From the NCBI GenBank assembly GCA_963833125.1, contig CAWHWX010000009.1, positions 1 to 64,000 on the forward strand: a stretch of 64,000 nucleotides of DNA, in the 5' to 3' direction. A model generated the notes under the pieces. That model was given only the letters and a program-made list of their open reading frames with translations, had not been told where the DNA came from and made no database searches. This DNA is from Candidatus Bathyarchaeota archaeon. Lineage in GTDB: Archaea; Thermoproteota; Bathyarchaeia; 40CM-2-53-6. Positions 10,395 through 21,140 of this stretch are shown one piece after another. Position 1 is the first letter of the stretch, and each line of letters begins with the position of its first letter. The position numbers were made by a program, and so were the translations under genes.

Positions 10395-11712
10395 CTACTT
10401 CAGACGCTTGAGAAATAGCCTCTTTCCCGAAATCACCTGATCGATCTGACCAGAAACATCACATTCAACAGCCAAATCTTCCGTAATTGCCCCCAAGTCG
10501 GCAAGAATGGCTGCTTCAACATCCTTAGAGAATTTTGGTGTTGGGTCCACGATTAAGACAAGCTTTCCATTGGACTTCTGTTCGAACTGAAATTGCAACA
10601 CATACGGCGCGTATTTGTACATCCCCTGAATGTACTGCGCTAGGGAAATCATCTCACCCGTTCTCCCCTGCACAAAATCGAGTTCGCGCCCTATTACGCC
10701 GCCGACTGTGGGGAACCCTCTCCCACACTGGCAAGTTGTCCCCGACGATGCGATGTCACCCGTATAGTACCTTATGAAAGGCATTGCATAATTATGCAAG
10801 TCAGTGGCAACCAGTCTGCCCTTCTGAACCTGGTCTTCCATTATCATCGACAACCTCCAGGATACAGAGCTCAGTATTGACATGCAGCCAAGAATCATTC
10901 CGGCATTGTTGAGCGACGATGCCACCTAACTCGACTAGACCGTACCTTTCAATTACAGGGCACTTGAACGCTGACTCAATGTATTCCCTTTGTGATTCTA
11001 GAAGCCTCTCCGACACCGAGACGACCGCCCCTAGTTTACATCGAAGCTGAAGACGATTCTCTAACATTGAACACACCAAAAGTGCGAGAGATGATGGGAA
11101 CCCTTCGATGTGATACGGCTTCATCTTGTCTATATCAGTGATCACTTTGGCTGCGTTGCGATAGGATATCTTAGCAACCGCGATCTCATTGTTTCTAACG
11201 ACTCTATCTTTGATCCTGTCGCGGAGAGATTTCCTTCTGACGTTCCCAATGTAGAGACGCCTCTTGCCAGGCGCATACCCGAACCAAGAGTTGAAGAGCC
11301 AGGTAGATGCCCGCCGTTCATTCATGGAGCCTAAGTCGAGGTAAAATTGGAACGGCGTTGATGTGGATCCTGATGAGTATCGTGTTGCGAGCCTACTAGG
11401 TTTGATAGATCTTGCGACGACCTGACCAGGAAATACGGCTCTAAGTTCTTCCTTTGTGACGATGGGCAGGCTGGCGAAGTCTTGAATAGTCTTAATGTCA
11501 TCGGGGTGAATGCGCGCTTCGCGGAATTTTGTATTGTATAGCTGCACGTTTGAATAGGCGTACTTGACTAAGTTCTTCAGCTTGTGGAACTGTCTCTGTT
11601 CAAGTTCCGCAGTGGAACGCCATTGCAGGCTGCCCAGCTCATCGACTCTCCCCCAGAAGCCTCCCGTCAATCGCACGACCTTAAGAGTCGAGACTATGAG
11701 TTCGGAGTACAA
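10395..11712 (-). CDS. Phenylacetate-CoA ligase / CapK-like adenylate-forming enzyme, frameshift near 10820
   Basis: LPIVTKEELR, SSGSTSTP, ERYGLVELG, then TDLHNYAMPFIRYYTGD, CQCGRGFP, GR and SGK. Confidence 0.85.
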
Positions 11713-11899
11713 ACTGCGGACCAGCCGGCAAAAACTGCTCTGTCCCGCCTTTAAGGTCTTAAGAAGCGATTTTTCGCTCAGGTCTTATATCAATCAGATT
11801 GGTATTTAACGAAATGATTCCCCAAGCCGAATGTTCACCAGTGGGAGCACGTCGTGAACACACCCTGATGAATACACGCCGGTCGAAGGCTGAACGATA

Positions 11900-13163
11900 T
11901 TGAAGATAGCGATCACTAACGCGTATACATGCCGGAATCAGGGCGACGCCGCGATAGTTCTTTCGATGCTGCAGGTTCTCCGCAAGCGGCTGCCAAATTC
12001 ACAAGTCACAATCTTCTCCCTTCACCCGCACCAAGATCGGGAGTTCTACCGCAAAGCCGGGACGGAGGTTCAACCAAATCCAATCCTGCCCCGAAGTAGA
12101 ACATTTGTACTAACACAATTTGGAATTTGGATCTTGATTGCGATGGGTGCAAGACTTCCCAAGTCATTCGAACGCTGGGTACCGAACAGAGTTTACAATG
12201 AACTGAACCGGAGCGATGTCCACGTTTCTTGCGGTGGAGCCTACCTAAACGACAGTTGGGGGTTCTCCTATGTCGTTCACTTATTCACGATACTCGTCTC
12301 CAAACTTCTACGAAAACCGATAATCCTCTATCCTCAGACTATAGGACCTTTTGAGAAACGACTCGGCAGGGGTCTCGCACGTTTCGTGCTCAACAGAGTA
12401 GATGCGATCTTTGTCAGAGACGAGTTTTCCAGAACTTACCTCAACAGCGTTCTCGGAATAACGCGTCCCCGAATTTACATGGGCGCCGATGCCGCATTCC
12501 TCACGAGACCTGCTTCAGCAAAGAGAGTACGACGAAATTCTTGAGGCGGAGGGACTTGCTGATGGGAAACCTCTAGTCGGAATAACGGTCAGGCGATGGA
12601 TGTTTCCATTCCGAGAGGATGCGAGTAAGAGGTATGACGACTATAGGATAACGATGGGCAAGGTAGCTGATTACGTGGTTCAAAACAAGAGTGCGATTCC
12701 AGTCTTTATACCCATGGTTTCGATTCCGAACAAACCCCTTGAACAAGACGACGAAGCAAGTCAAGATGTCATAAGTGCAATGAGGCACCGTGAAATGGCG
12801 AAGGCAATACGATCTAACTATTCGCCCCGTGAGATCCAAGGTCTAATCGGGGCAATGAAACTTCAAATCGGGACGAGGATGCACTCAGTAATCTTTGCAT
12901 CCTCCATGAATGTTCCAGTCATCGCAGTTGCTTATGAGCCCAAAACCACCAGTCTCATGAATACTCTTGGCCTAGACCAGTTCGTTTTCGGAATCGAAAC
13001 GCTGAACTTCCAAGAGGTGGTGCGATCCGTGGACACACTATGGAAAGACAGACAGAAGTGGATGCACATCGCTGCTCGCAATACGAAAGCCTTACGACAA
13101 ATGGCGAGCGAATCAGGCTCCGCCGTGGCTTCTCTATGCGAATCTCTCGCTAACCCTGTCTAA
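11900..13163 (+). CDS. Polysaccharide pyruvyl transferase (WcaK-like), frameshift near 12530
   Basis: NQGDAAI, PQTIGPF, IFVRDEFS, ADAAF, IGTRMHSVI, AYEPKT. Confidence 0.85.
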
Positions 13164-13170
13164 AGAAGCC

Positions 13171-13940
13171 ATGGGGGGATGGAAAGCGGACGGAAGAAAT
13201 TCCACGAAGCACAGTCGCATCAGTGAAGCATCCCTTCTTAAATGGGAAAAGACAATCGGAAAAACGAGAATCGTTCCGACGATTCAGACGTTTGGTGCGG
13301 GACAACTTGTCCTTGATGCTGGATGCGGTCTTGGAGGCATTGCTCTATCAGTGGCTCATTCCGGACATCGCGTTATCACGTTTTAGACTTGAATCGACAT
13401 CGAGTGCAAAAGGCATCGAGGATGCTAAGGCAGCACCATCTGAAAAGTGAATTCATTGTCTCCGACGTTCTTCATTTGCCTTTCAGGCAAGGTGTGTTTG
13501 ACTTCGTTGTGTTGTCCGAAGTTGTGGAGCATGTTCACTCGTGTTTTGTGTGTTTGACCGAATGTAATAGTGTTCTGAAACCAGGCGGCGCCGCGTACGT
13601 TTCATTTCCGCCCTATTACGGACCGTTCGGGGGTCATCTCAGATCGCACATACCTTTTCCATACGCCCACTATCTCCCTAAATTTGTCCTGAGAGTCCTG
13701 ATACGAAGAAAAGGAAACGTCGGGATACTAACTGCCAGCTACCTGATCTCCTTATTCGAAGCTTTGAATAAATTGACGATTTTCAGGTTCGAGGCTTTCG
13801 CCAACGCCGCGGGTTTCGAATTTCATCCAACAGCAAGCAGCGGGCGGAATGAGTTCTGGGAGATTACTGCCAAATGGGTTCCCGCGGGGCTGCGAGAGGT
13901 AGTGGCGTTATGGTACGTTGCCATACTCATTAGGCCTTGA
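13171..13940 (+). CDS. Class I SAM-dependent methyltransferase, frameshift near 13381
   Basis: VLDAGCGLGG, then DVLHLPF, FDFVVLSEVVEH, LKPGG, FPPYYGPFGGH. Confidence 0.8.
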
Positions 13941-14051
13941 TTTAGGTCAGCGATAGCTACTTCATCCGTCCTCAATTAGACGCGGGTACGATTTGTGTCG
14001 TTGACATGGTTTCGTGTTCCCGTGATTGCGCAGTAGCCTTCACGCAACTCT

Positions 14052-15134
14052 TCAGATACTACCTATCACGATTTTCACTACGCATGAGACAATACGGTTC
14101 AACACTTTGGCGGCTGGACCGAGATAGGGATGTTCCATGTTCGTGACAAAACTGCGAACCAACGCTGTGTCAGAGGCGGTTCGATGCGCCTGGACGACCT
14201 CCCTTCTCTGCTTCACAAGATGGCGAACACCAAAAAGCGACACATAGCTGCGAAGCTTTTCCCTAAGCCAACCTCTCACAGCGGCGTACAGGAGCACCCA
14301 TAATTCTACGATTAGCAAAGCGGGCGAGAGAAGTATGATTGTTCGCTTTGAATAATTCTTTGAGATCGACAATAGACGTTCGAACTCAAGTAAGTAGAAT
14401 TTTCCAGAGGTCTGCCCTAGAGTTGGACTCCATTTGTGTAGGATTCGCGAAGACGGCACGTAGACCGACTGCCATCGCATCATACCCGCTCTCCAGCCCC
14501 AGTCTTTATCCTCTCCGTATGCAAAGAAGAGATCCTCACTGGGCCCGATTTCATGCAGCGCCGTCCTTCTAACCAGAGTGCAGGCACCGGAAGCGTAACA
14601 GACCTCAGACTCATCTTGAAACTCCTCGCCGTCTACTCTCCCCATCCCTCGACATACGCCAAATCCTGTGATGTGAATCATATTTCCAGCAGAGTTCAAA
14701 ATCCGTTGATCATCCATAAACAAAATCTTGGGTTGAAAGAATGCGCCTCGCGGATTACGGCAAGCGGCATCAACGAGTCGTTCGAGCCAGTCAGCATCGA
14801 CCTGCGTATCCGGGTTCATTAGCACCATGAATTCACTATTCCCGTCAGCCAGCGTGAAGCCAATGTTACCCGCCGCGGCGTAACCCAAATTCACTTTGTT
14901 CCTAACTACCGGAACGTCTGGAAAAGCTGCTCGCATCTTCGCTACCGAATCATCTGTCGATGCATTGTCAACTACTATGAGCTCCATGCTAGGATATGTA
15001 GAGTCCATTATGGATGTGACGCAACTGAGCAGGTAATCTCCAGAATTATAGTTAACAACCACTACGGAAACGTTCGCAACTTCCTTAGTCACAGCCAGTT
15101 TCCCAAACTTACGAGGACGAATTTTCCAGGACAT
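14052..15134 (-). CDS. Glycosyltransferase family 2 (RfbF/WbbL-like)
   Basis: VVVVNYNS, VDNASTDDS, NLGYAAAGN, MNPD, SGACTLVRR, FAYGEDKDWGWR. Confidence 0.9.
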   Translation of the reverse strand: MSWKIRPRKFGKLAVTKEVANVSVVVVNYNSGDYLLSCVTSIMDSTYPSMELIVVDNASTDDSVAKMRAAFPDVPVVRNKVNLGYAAAGNIGFTLADGNSEFMVLMNPDTQVDADWLERLVDAACRNPRGAFFQPKILFMDDQRILNSAGNMIHITGFGVCRGMGRVDGEEFQDESEVCYASGACTLVRRTALHEIGPSEDLFFAYGEDKDWGWRAGMMRWQSVYVPSSRILHKWSPTLGQTSGKFYLLEFERLLSISKNYSKRTIILLSPALLIVELWVLLYAAVRGWLREKLRSYVSLFGVRHLVKQRREVVQAHRTASDTALVRSFVTNMEHPYLGPAAKVLNRIVSCVVKIVIGSI

Positions 15135-15231
15135 GTCTGTCGCCCACCTTACTTCAGGCTGCTGACTAGCGTGTTAATCCGTTCCGGTGGCTATCCATGG
15201 GGCGCAAAGTGCGGACGTGGCATTGTGAAAC

Positions 15232-17331
15232 TCAGTCTGACAGATGAAAGATCCATACTTCATCCTCATGCCAAACGAGTCTGAAGTTCTTGCTCAAGCT
15301 GAATAGTGCTGGATCCAGAGCCGTTTTTCCGTTGAAAATAATCGGACCAATGTAAACGTAGTCAATTCCAAATTGTCTCATAAGCGCCAAATTAGTTGCG
15401 TTGTTGGGGTTGATGATCGCTGCTTCGAGAATGCTGTACTTTTCCAGAGCTTGCTGAGGCCATATGTCGCCGATGTCCTGAACTGGAAATAAGACTCGTC
15501 TGTGGGAAATTGCCGGTATCCAGCTCCCAGCGTCTGTCCCTATTATTATTCCGTGACTCCATAGGACCATGGCGTTGTTGAGAAATATGGCATTTGTGGG
15601 CGTGTTATCTCTAATCCAAAGGAGTGCTTCGTAGTCTGCTAATGTATGCACCAGAGCGCCGCCATTGGCGCCGGCGTAGCTTACGGCCGATGCGTAAGCG
15701 CCATAAGAGGCTAACAGGACCAACATTACAATTAACAATATTCTAGCAAATGCTGCTGCAAGGGATCGGGATCTTGAAGTGATCCCGAATGTAGGTCGCC
15801 ATTCCTTAAGCTTCTCTTGAGTCGATGGGCTCGCCCGTTGAATCTCGCCCAAGCGGTCCAGCAGGCTCGAAAAGAAGAATGCTGAAAAGAAGACAAGAGG
15901 AAGAAAAATACAGATCTGCATGATAGATACGGTGATCTGATAGAATACCGGATTAAGCATAGATGGATATGGTGTGTAGAAAACCAGTTGCACCAACAGC
16001 CAAGCTGCGATGCTCCAGTTCCTTCTTCCGTTTCTGGTAATGAGTGAAGCGACTACTCCGAGTATTGAGGAGCCTGTGATTATGTCTCCATAGGTGCCTC
16101 GGATCAAGAACCCTAAGTTACTAAGGCTCGTGATAGGCGAACTAGTGATCCAAACGGTAGAATCCGGGTTATAGAGAAAATCTCTATGAAATGAGATAGC
16201 ATTTGCCGAGTTTTCGGCCAAGAAAAAACGTGTTGTGAGTAGCAACGAAAATGTGATTCCGAAGGCAAGGATGGTAAGTAAACCGATAATGTATCGCTTA
16301 CTGATTTTGTAATTTCCTTTTCTTAGATTACATAGGACTTCGATCAAAACGAACGGGACTACAAACATCAGGTACAGTAACGCGGTCGTGTAGTAGGCCA
16401 CAATCAGGCCAAAGAAGGCTAGGGTCGCTGTGAATAGATAGCTGAAACGTTCTCTGGGATCCCTTGGGCTAAAATTGAGACTTCGGTACGTCAACACAAC
16501 AGCCACGGGAAGCAAAAGCAGGCCCGTGACCATGGATTCCTTCCCTAAGAAGAGTAAGTTGAGGGGATAGGGGGATACGAACGCGATGAACGAGGCGGCG
16601 AGTATACCCACCGTTTTGCTGTTGCCAATTCTTTCACAGAAAAGATAAACAGTCAGCGCAATTGTTCCATTGAACAGGTTCGTGATCAACAGCAATATCC
16701 TTCCGATAGGTAGTCCGGTCAGCAGGGTGAGAAATGCCACATTGAGGTGCAGTCCGGGTGGATAGGTAAACGGTGCGTTTGCGTATGGCGCCAAGGTAGA
16801 GGGGATTGCTCCCTTCTGAACGATTAACGCCACAAACATCCCATGAAGTGCAGGATCAAGATAGGGCGCGACGAGCAGAGTTCGGAGAGGAAACGACCTA
16901 ACGCAGACCGCTCCCGCCCAGATCAGAAGGAGGAGAAAACTGGACATATCCCAGCCAGACAGATTGTGCAATATCAGATTTGACCGACGAATTCTCCGCA
17001 CCATGAGGGCCAGGAAAATTCCATCAATGAGAAGATAAGTCACTAAGACAGACGAAAAATTGATCCCTATACCCAGCGCGGTAAATGCGAGCCCGAACGC
17101 GCAGATCAACGACACTCCGAGAGGAATTGAAACGATAAGTCGATCCAGTAGGCTGAGTTCAGATTCGGGAATCATCCAAGAAATGAAGTAGCCGGGGACA
17201 ATTATCAGCGCAATAAATCCGATGATGAAAAGAATATCGAACACCGAGTAAACAACCGAAATGATGATGCTGGTTAAGATGAGTGCGACAGTAGACCAGA
17301 ACCAAAATGTCTCACGAGCGAAAAGGCTCAC
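15232..17331 (-). CDS. Polytopic membrane protein, probable GT-C-like glycosyltransferase
   Basis: Many hydrophobic segments; first-loop DPALH, YPPGLH; soluble C-terminal WIRDNTP...DAGSWIPA...GIDYVYIG domain; glycosylation-locus context. Confidence 0.6.
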   Translation of the reverse strand: MSLFARETFWFWSTVALILTSIIISVVYSVFDILFIIGFIALIIVPGYFISWMIPESELSLLDRLIVSIPLGVSLICAFGLAFTALGIGINFSSVLVTYLLIDGIFLALMVRRIRRSNLILHNLSGWDMSSFLLLLIWAGAVCVRSFPLRTLLVAPYLDPALHGMFVALIVQKGAIPSTLAPYANAPFTYPPGLHLNVAFLTLLTGLPIGRILLLITNLFNGTIALTVYLFCERIGNSKTVGILAASFIAFVSPYPLNLLFLGKESMVTGLLLLPVAVVLTYRSLNFSPRDPRERFSYLFTATLAFFGLIVAYYTTALLYLMFVVPFVLIEVLCNLRKGNYKISKRYIIGLLTILAFGITFSLLLTTRFFLAENSANAISFHRDFLYNPDSTVWITSSPITSLSNLGFLIRGTYGDIITGSSILGVVASLITRNGRRNWSIAAWLLVQLVFYTPYPSMLNPVFYQITVSIMQICIFLPLVFFSAFFFSSLLDRLGEIQRASPSTQEKLKEWRPTFGITSRSRSLAAAFARILLIVMLVLLASYGAYASAVSYAGANGGALVHTLADYEALLWIRDNTPTNAIFLNNAMVLWSHGIIIGTDAGSWIPAISHRRVLFPVQDIGDIWPQQALEKYSILEAAIINPNNATNLALMRQFGIDYVYIGPIIFNGKTALDPALFSLSKNFRLVWHEDEVWIFHLSD

Positions 17332-17531
17332 ATTACATTACTTCCCTGATACAGGTTAGCTCCTACTTCGTACTCGTTTAGGCAATCAAGGGACGGGGCT
17401 AAATGCAGTCGCGGCATGCGATCTGGATATTTCAGTTTGACGACTTCGACCAACAAGTTTTCCCAACTTGAAGTCATACGGCATATTCTCAAATCCGTCC
17501 ATTTATCCTACACAGCAAGCGATTAATAACC

Positions 17532-17705
17532 CTCAGTTGCGCTGTTTCGTGAGAGAGGCTGTGACCTCACCTCTCCGGGACGGAGAGTAATCACGGGTTT
17601 CGCGCAGCGTCTCCCGAGAATCACTCTGAAATTTCCGGACATACGGGACTGTGAATTGCAAAGCTTCTGCTTGATCTTCAGGCTCCGCTACGAAACAGCG
17701 GTGAG
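17532..17705 (+). ncRNA. Candidate structured intergenic RNA (family unknown)
   Basis: 11-bp closing helix 17540-17550/17690-17700 enclosing several nested hairpins; G-U pairs favour the + strand; the interval contains no ORF. Confidence 0.4.
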
Positions 17706-17722
17706 AGTTTTAGGTGCCGCGT

Positions 17723-18019
17723 TTAGTATGCGTAGAAAAGGCGGCCTGCTGGCCATGGGGTGGGGTAGTAGAATTGTGGATAAGGGCGCATAGGAGCATA
17801 GGCGGATATGAGCGCATAGTGCGGATATGAGCCGAAGTATGGATACGGCGCGGGGTACCAATACCGCCTATTGTATGCATACGCGGCCGCACCCAGGCCT
17901 ATGCCTGCTGCGGTTCCAATTCCAGCTCCAATCCACGCACCCGTTACGCCCGCGGCTGTCAAACCTAACGCTCCGCCAGCTGCGGCTCCAAGCAACGCTC
18001 CTGCGAGAATGAAAGCCAT
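17723..18019 (-). CDS. Small glycine-zipper protein with Tyr/Pro-rich C-terminus
   Basis: MAFILAGALLGAAAGGALG...GAGIGTAAGIGLGAAA followed by YAYNRRYWYPAPYPYFGSYPHY...FYAY. Confidence 0.6.
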   Translation of the reverse strand: MAFILAGALLGAAAGGALGLTAAGVTGAWIGAGIGTAAGIGLGAAAYAYNRRYWYPAPYPYFGSYPHYALISAYAPMRPYPQFYYPTPWPAGRLFYAY

Positions 18020-18135
18020 CTTACATCGTCCAAAGAGGGTGCGGATCACAGATATAGCGTTTTACCGTCTAACGAGCAGCAATCAGCACAGGATCCTGTG
18101 CTTACTGCCAAGTTACTACTAGCGCATTGACAGCT

Positions 18136-18525
18136 TTACGCGAAGGGCCCGACGCCCTCTGTGATCTTTATCGCTTGTACCGGGCATTGGATTTCGCATG
18201 CTCGGCAGAATATACAATCCCGCTCTCGAGTCGGGTCTGCCTTCCAGCGGTCCAGAAGCGTTTTGCCGCTATCGTTAGGGGTCTGTTTATCGATCTTCTC
18301 CTGCTCCGCAGGTATGTCCATCTTATCGAAGACATTGACTGGGCACACTGAGATGCAGATTCCATCGGCGATGCAAATGTCAAAATCCACCGCGACAGCG
18401 ACGCCGTGTACCCCGTATTCCTTACTGACCCCGTCCTTCCATCTGACCTCATGACCCTCATGATCTTCTTTCTTAGGCCATTCATTCGGGAAGGAAGCGT
18501 CATCAATTATCCTTCTCTCAGTCAT
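18136..18525 (-). CDS. zfx: Zinc-containing dicluster (7Fe-type) ferredoxin
   Basis: His-rich N-terminal extension (HEGH, GVHG), CIADGICISVCP, KADP, CIFCRACEIQCP. Confidence 0.85.
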   Translation of the reverse strand: MTERRIIDDASFPNEWPKKEDHEGHEVRWKDGVSKEYGVHGVAVAVDFDICIADGICISVCPVNVFDKMDIPAEQEKIDKQTPNDSGKTLLDRWKADPTRERDCIFCRACEIQCPVQAIKITEGVGPFA

Positions 18526-18681
18526 TCAAGACACCAATGAAGCGTCGAAAGGTACGTCGAATTAAGAAGATTTGCGTGTCACAACGGAACCTGACAATCC
18601 CCTGAAGTCTTGCTTGGGGCCGAGGTTTCGGCTAAGATTAGGTTGATTGTTTGGCTGGGAATTTTGATTTTGCAATTCGAA

Positions 18682-19748
18682 TTATTCTGGCAGAGCCTTC
18701 TTGAGAAAGTTAAGCCAGTTAGCACCCATTATGCCGACTACGTCTGCATCAGAGTAACCGGCTTGGGTTAGCGCGTCTGCAATCTTTGGCAAATCAGCCG
18801 CTGTGTCCAATTCGAAGGGAATGCTCTCGCTGCCGAAACCCGCCATCAAAATCTGAACCGATACCAACGTGAGATACGCCGCCCGTCAAGTCGCGTATGT
18901 GGTTGACTTGTTTCACGAAGTCGGCTAGAGTCACGCGTTCCTTTACTCGTACCCGTCTCGTCCCAATCAGCACGAAGGAATTTGTTGAAGAGTACGATGC
19001 CGATCACGCCTCCGCGTTTCACTATTGCCTGAATCATTTCGTCGCTGAGATGACGATCTGTGGGGATAAGGGCTCGACAGTTTGAATGAGTAGCGATCAC
19101 TGGTCCATGAAATAGGTCCAGGGCCTCGTAGAAACTGGCCTCAGCCATGTGAGAGAGGTCGAGGATTAGTGGTTCTTTTTCCATTTCGGTTAGTAGTTGG
19201 CGTCCCATCGGTGTTAAGGGTCCGGGTTTTCCTGTGCCTCCCGAGTAGCGTGTCTTTCCATGTGCAAGACCAATGACACGGAGTCCTCCGCTAACCCATT
19301 CGTGAAGATGGGCGGGGGAGAGAATGGGGTCGGCTCCTTCCATCGAGATAACCATGCCCAGACGGTAGCCGCCGCTGATCACATCCTGTAGGCTTTGTTT
19401 TGTTGTTACCAGTACGAGGCGTGGATTGCGGGTTAGGGTTTGGTAATAGGATAATTGTTGCTGGCCCTGTGTGCAGGCTTCTTCTGGTGTTTTGTAGCAT
19501 GGATCCACGTGGATATTAGTTGGGTTTTCGCACGCTGCCGCCCAAATTGAAGCGAAGACTACTCGAACGTTGGCCTGTTCAAACTCTGGAAGGCCAATGG
19601 TTGGAATTCCCCAGAGTGGGTTCGGAGGAACCTCTCTCGTGCGTTTGCTGTGAGCAGAGAGGAGAAAGTCTCGTCCCAGGTACAGTGCGTTGGTCGCAAT
19701 GTCCTGATGAGAATCTACGATGGTGCACTGTGGAAATCTGGATTTCAA
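18682..19748 (-). CDS. Membrane (renal) dipeptidase family M19, frameshifted near the C-terminus
   Basis: DSHQD, SMEGAD, LDLSH, ATHSN, RHLSD, GVIG; C-terminal IMGANWLNF in a second frame. Confidence 0.85.
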
Positions 19749-19796
19749 ATTAACGACCAGAATTTTTCCTCGAACACACCTCAGATCAGGCAGCGT

Positions 19797-19988
19797 CTAG
19801 GAATCCGGGATTGGCTTCCGGTTGAGAATTTTGTTAAGCACGTATGGGCAAACGCAATCCTTAGCCAGACTCTCTAGTGCGGCGGTGGCTTTCGTAGTCA
19901 AAGTGAATTCGTTGCACCAGCATCCACCTGCACCGGTTTGACAGGTGAACGAGGAACCGCATAAGCCGCATTCCAGCTCTCTGGGCAT
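19797..19988 (-). CDS. Cysteine-rich CWC family protein
   Basis: CGLCGSSFTC...GCWC...DCVCP; divergent from a BtuF-like gene. Confidence 0.7.
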   Translation of the reverse strand: MPRELECGLCGSSFTCQTGAGGCWCNEFTLTTKATAALESLAKDCVCPYVLNKILNRKPIPDS

Positions 19989-20077
19989 TGGGATTTTCGC
20001 TTGCGTTAAGAAGCAGGGCCGCATATATTTTCTAACCGTATTCGGTGGGCTTTGGAGGACGGCTGTTGTCAAAGCGA

Positions 20078-21010
20078 ATGACTAGGATTGTCTCGCTTTT
20101 GCCGAGCGCGACTGAAATCGTTTACGCGCTTGGTTTAGGAGATAGCGTTGTTGGAGTCTCGCACGAATGCGACTACCCTCCACGCGCCCTTGGGATACCG
20201 AAGATGATCGAACCCATCTTCGATACGACAAAGCTAGGCAGTGAACAGATCGACGCGCTTGTGATTGAGAACATGCGACAGGGTAAGAGCATTTACCGGA
20301 TCAGGTTCGAGGAACTCAAGAGAGCAGACCCAGACCTCATCATCACACAAGAACTCTGCGACGTCTGCGCAATCGGAGCGAATGACGTCTTGGAAGCCGT
20401 GAATAAATTGGGAAAGCAAGTGAAGGTAATCTCGCTCAACCCACACACCCTCGCAGACGTGCAGGATGATGTAAGAAAAGTAGCTGGAGCAACGAATCGC
20501 GAGGAAGAAGCGAGGCGGTTGATCGCACAACTAAACGAAAAGGCAGAGCAAGTTAGAAAGATAACCGAAGACGTTAGCAAATCAAGGGTCTTCTGTGTCG
20601 AATGGTTAAAGCCGGTTATGAATGCAGGCCACTGGGTTCCTGAAATCCTCGAGTACGCGGGCGGAGTTGATGAGTTGGCAGTTAAGGGCGAACCATCAAC
20701 TTACATAGACTGGAACCGCGTCCTAGATTACGATCCAGAACTAGTTGTTCTGATGCCTTGTGGCTTTACGACACCTAGAACCATACGCGAAGCAGCACAG
20801 TTTCTCAACCTCCCTAACGTAAAACAACTCTCGGCTGTGCGAAATGGGCTAGTGTACGCGACTGATGGGCACAATTACTTCAGTAGATCCGGCCCTAGGC
20901 TCTTCGACGCGATCAGCATCCTAGCCCACATGCTTCATCCAGAACTTTTCAGTCAGCCACTCGACCCGATCTTGGGCTGCAAGGTAGATGTTGTGAAAGC
21001 CGAGGCCTAG
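20078..21010 (+). CDS. Cobalamin/iron-siderophore-binding protein (BtuF-like)
   Basis: RIVSLLPSATEI, VGVSHECDYP, TQELCDVCA, GHWVPE, YFSRSGPRL; no signal peptide. Confidence 0.85.
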   Translation: MTRIVSLLPSATEIVYALGLGDSVVGVSHECDYPPRALGIPKMIEPIFDTTKLGSEQIDALVIENMRQGKSIYRIRFEELKRADPDLIITQELCDVCAIGANDVLEAVNKLGKQVKVISLNPHTLADVQDDVRKVAGATNREEEARRLIAQLNEKAEQVRKITEDVSKSRVFCVEWLKPVMNAGHWVPEILEYAGGVDELAVKGEPSTYIDWNRVLDYDPELVVLMPCGFTTPRTIREAAQFLNLPNVKQLSAVRNGLVYATDGHNYFSRSGPRLFDAISILAHMLHPELFSQPLDPILGCKVDVVKAEA

Positions 21011-21140
21011 CGAGCCTCCTGGATCAAAGAAGCTTGAGGCTTTCCGTGCTCGTAAGCAGGGATAATTCTCGTTATTTCGTTGATTGATTTCAGGAAAATG
21101 GGAGGTTTAGTGGCAGTGGTAGTATTGAATGTCAGTTGGT

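Noticed and set aside
13381-13390. TAG within a methyltransferase as possible pyrrolysine readthrough
   Set aside because: The protein continues in a different frame after a T run, so this is an indel, not an in-frame stop.
17540-17700. Assignment of the structured element as a lysine riboswitch, SRP RNA or RNase P RNA
   Set aside because: Diagnostic conserved motifs and suitable gene context were not found; left unclassified.
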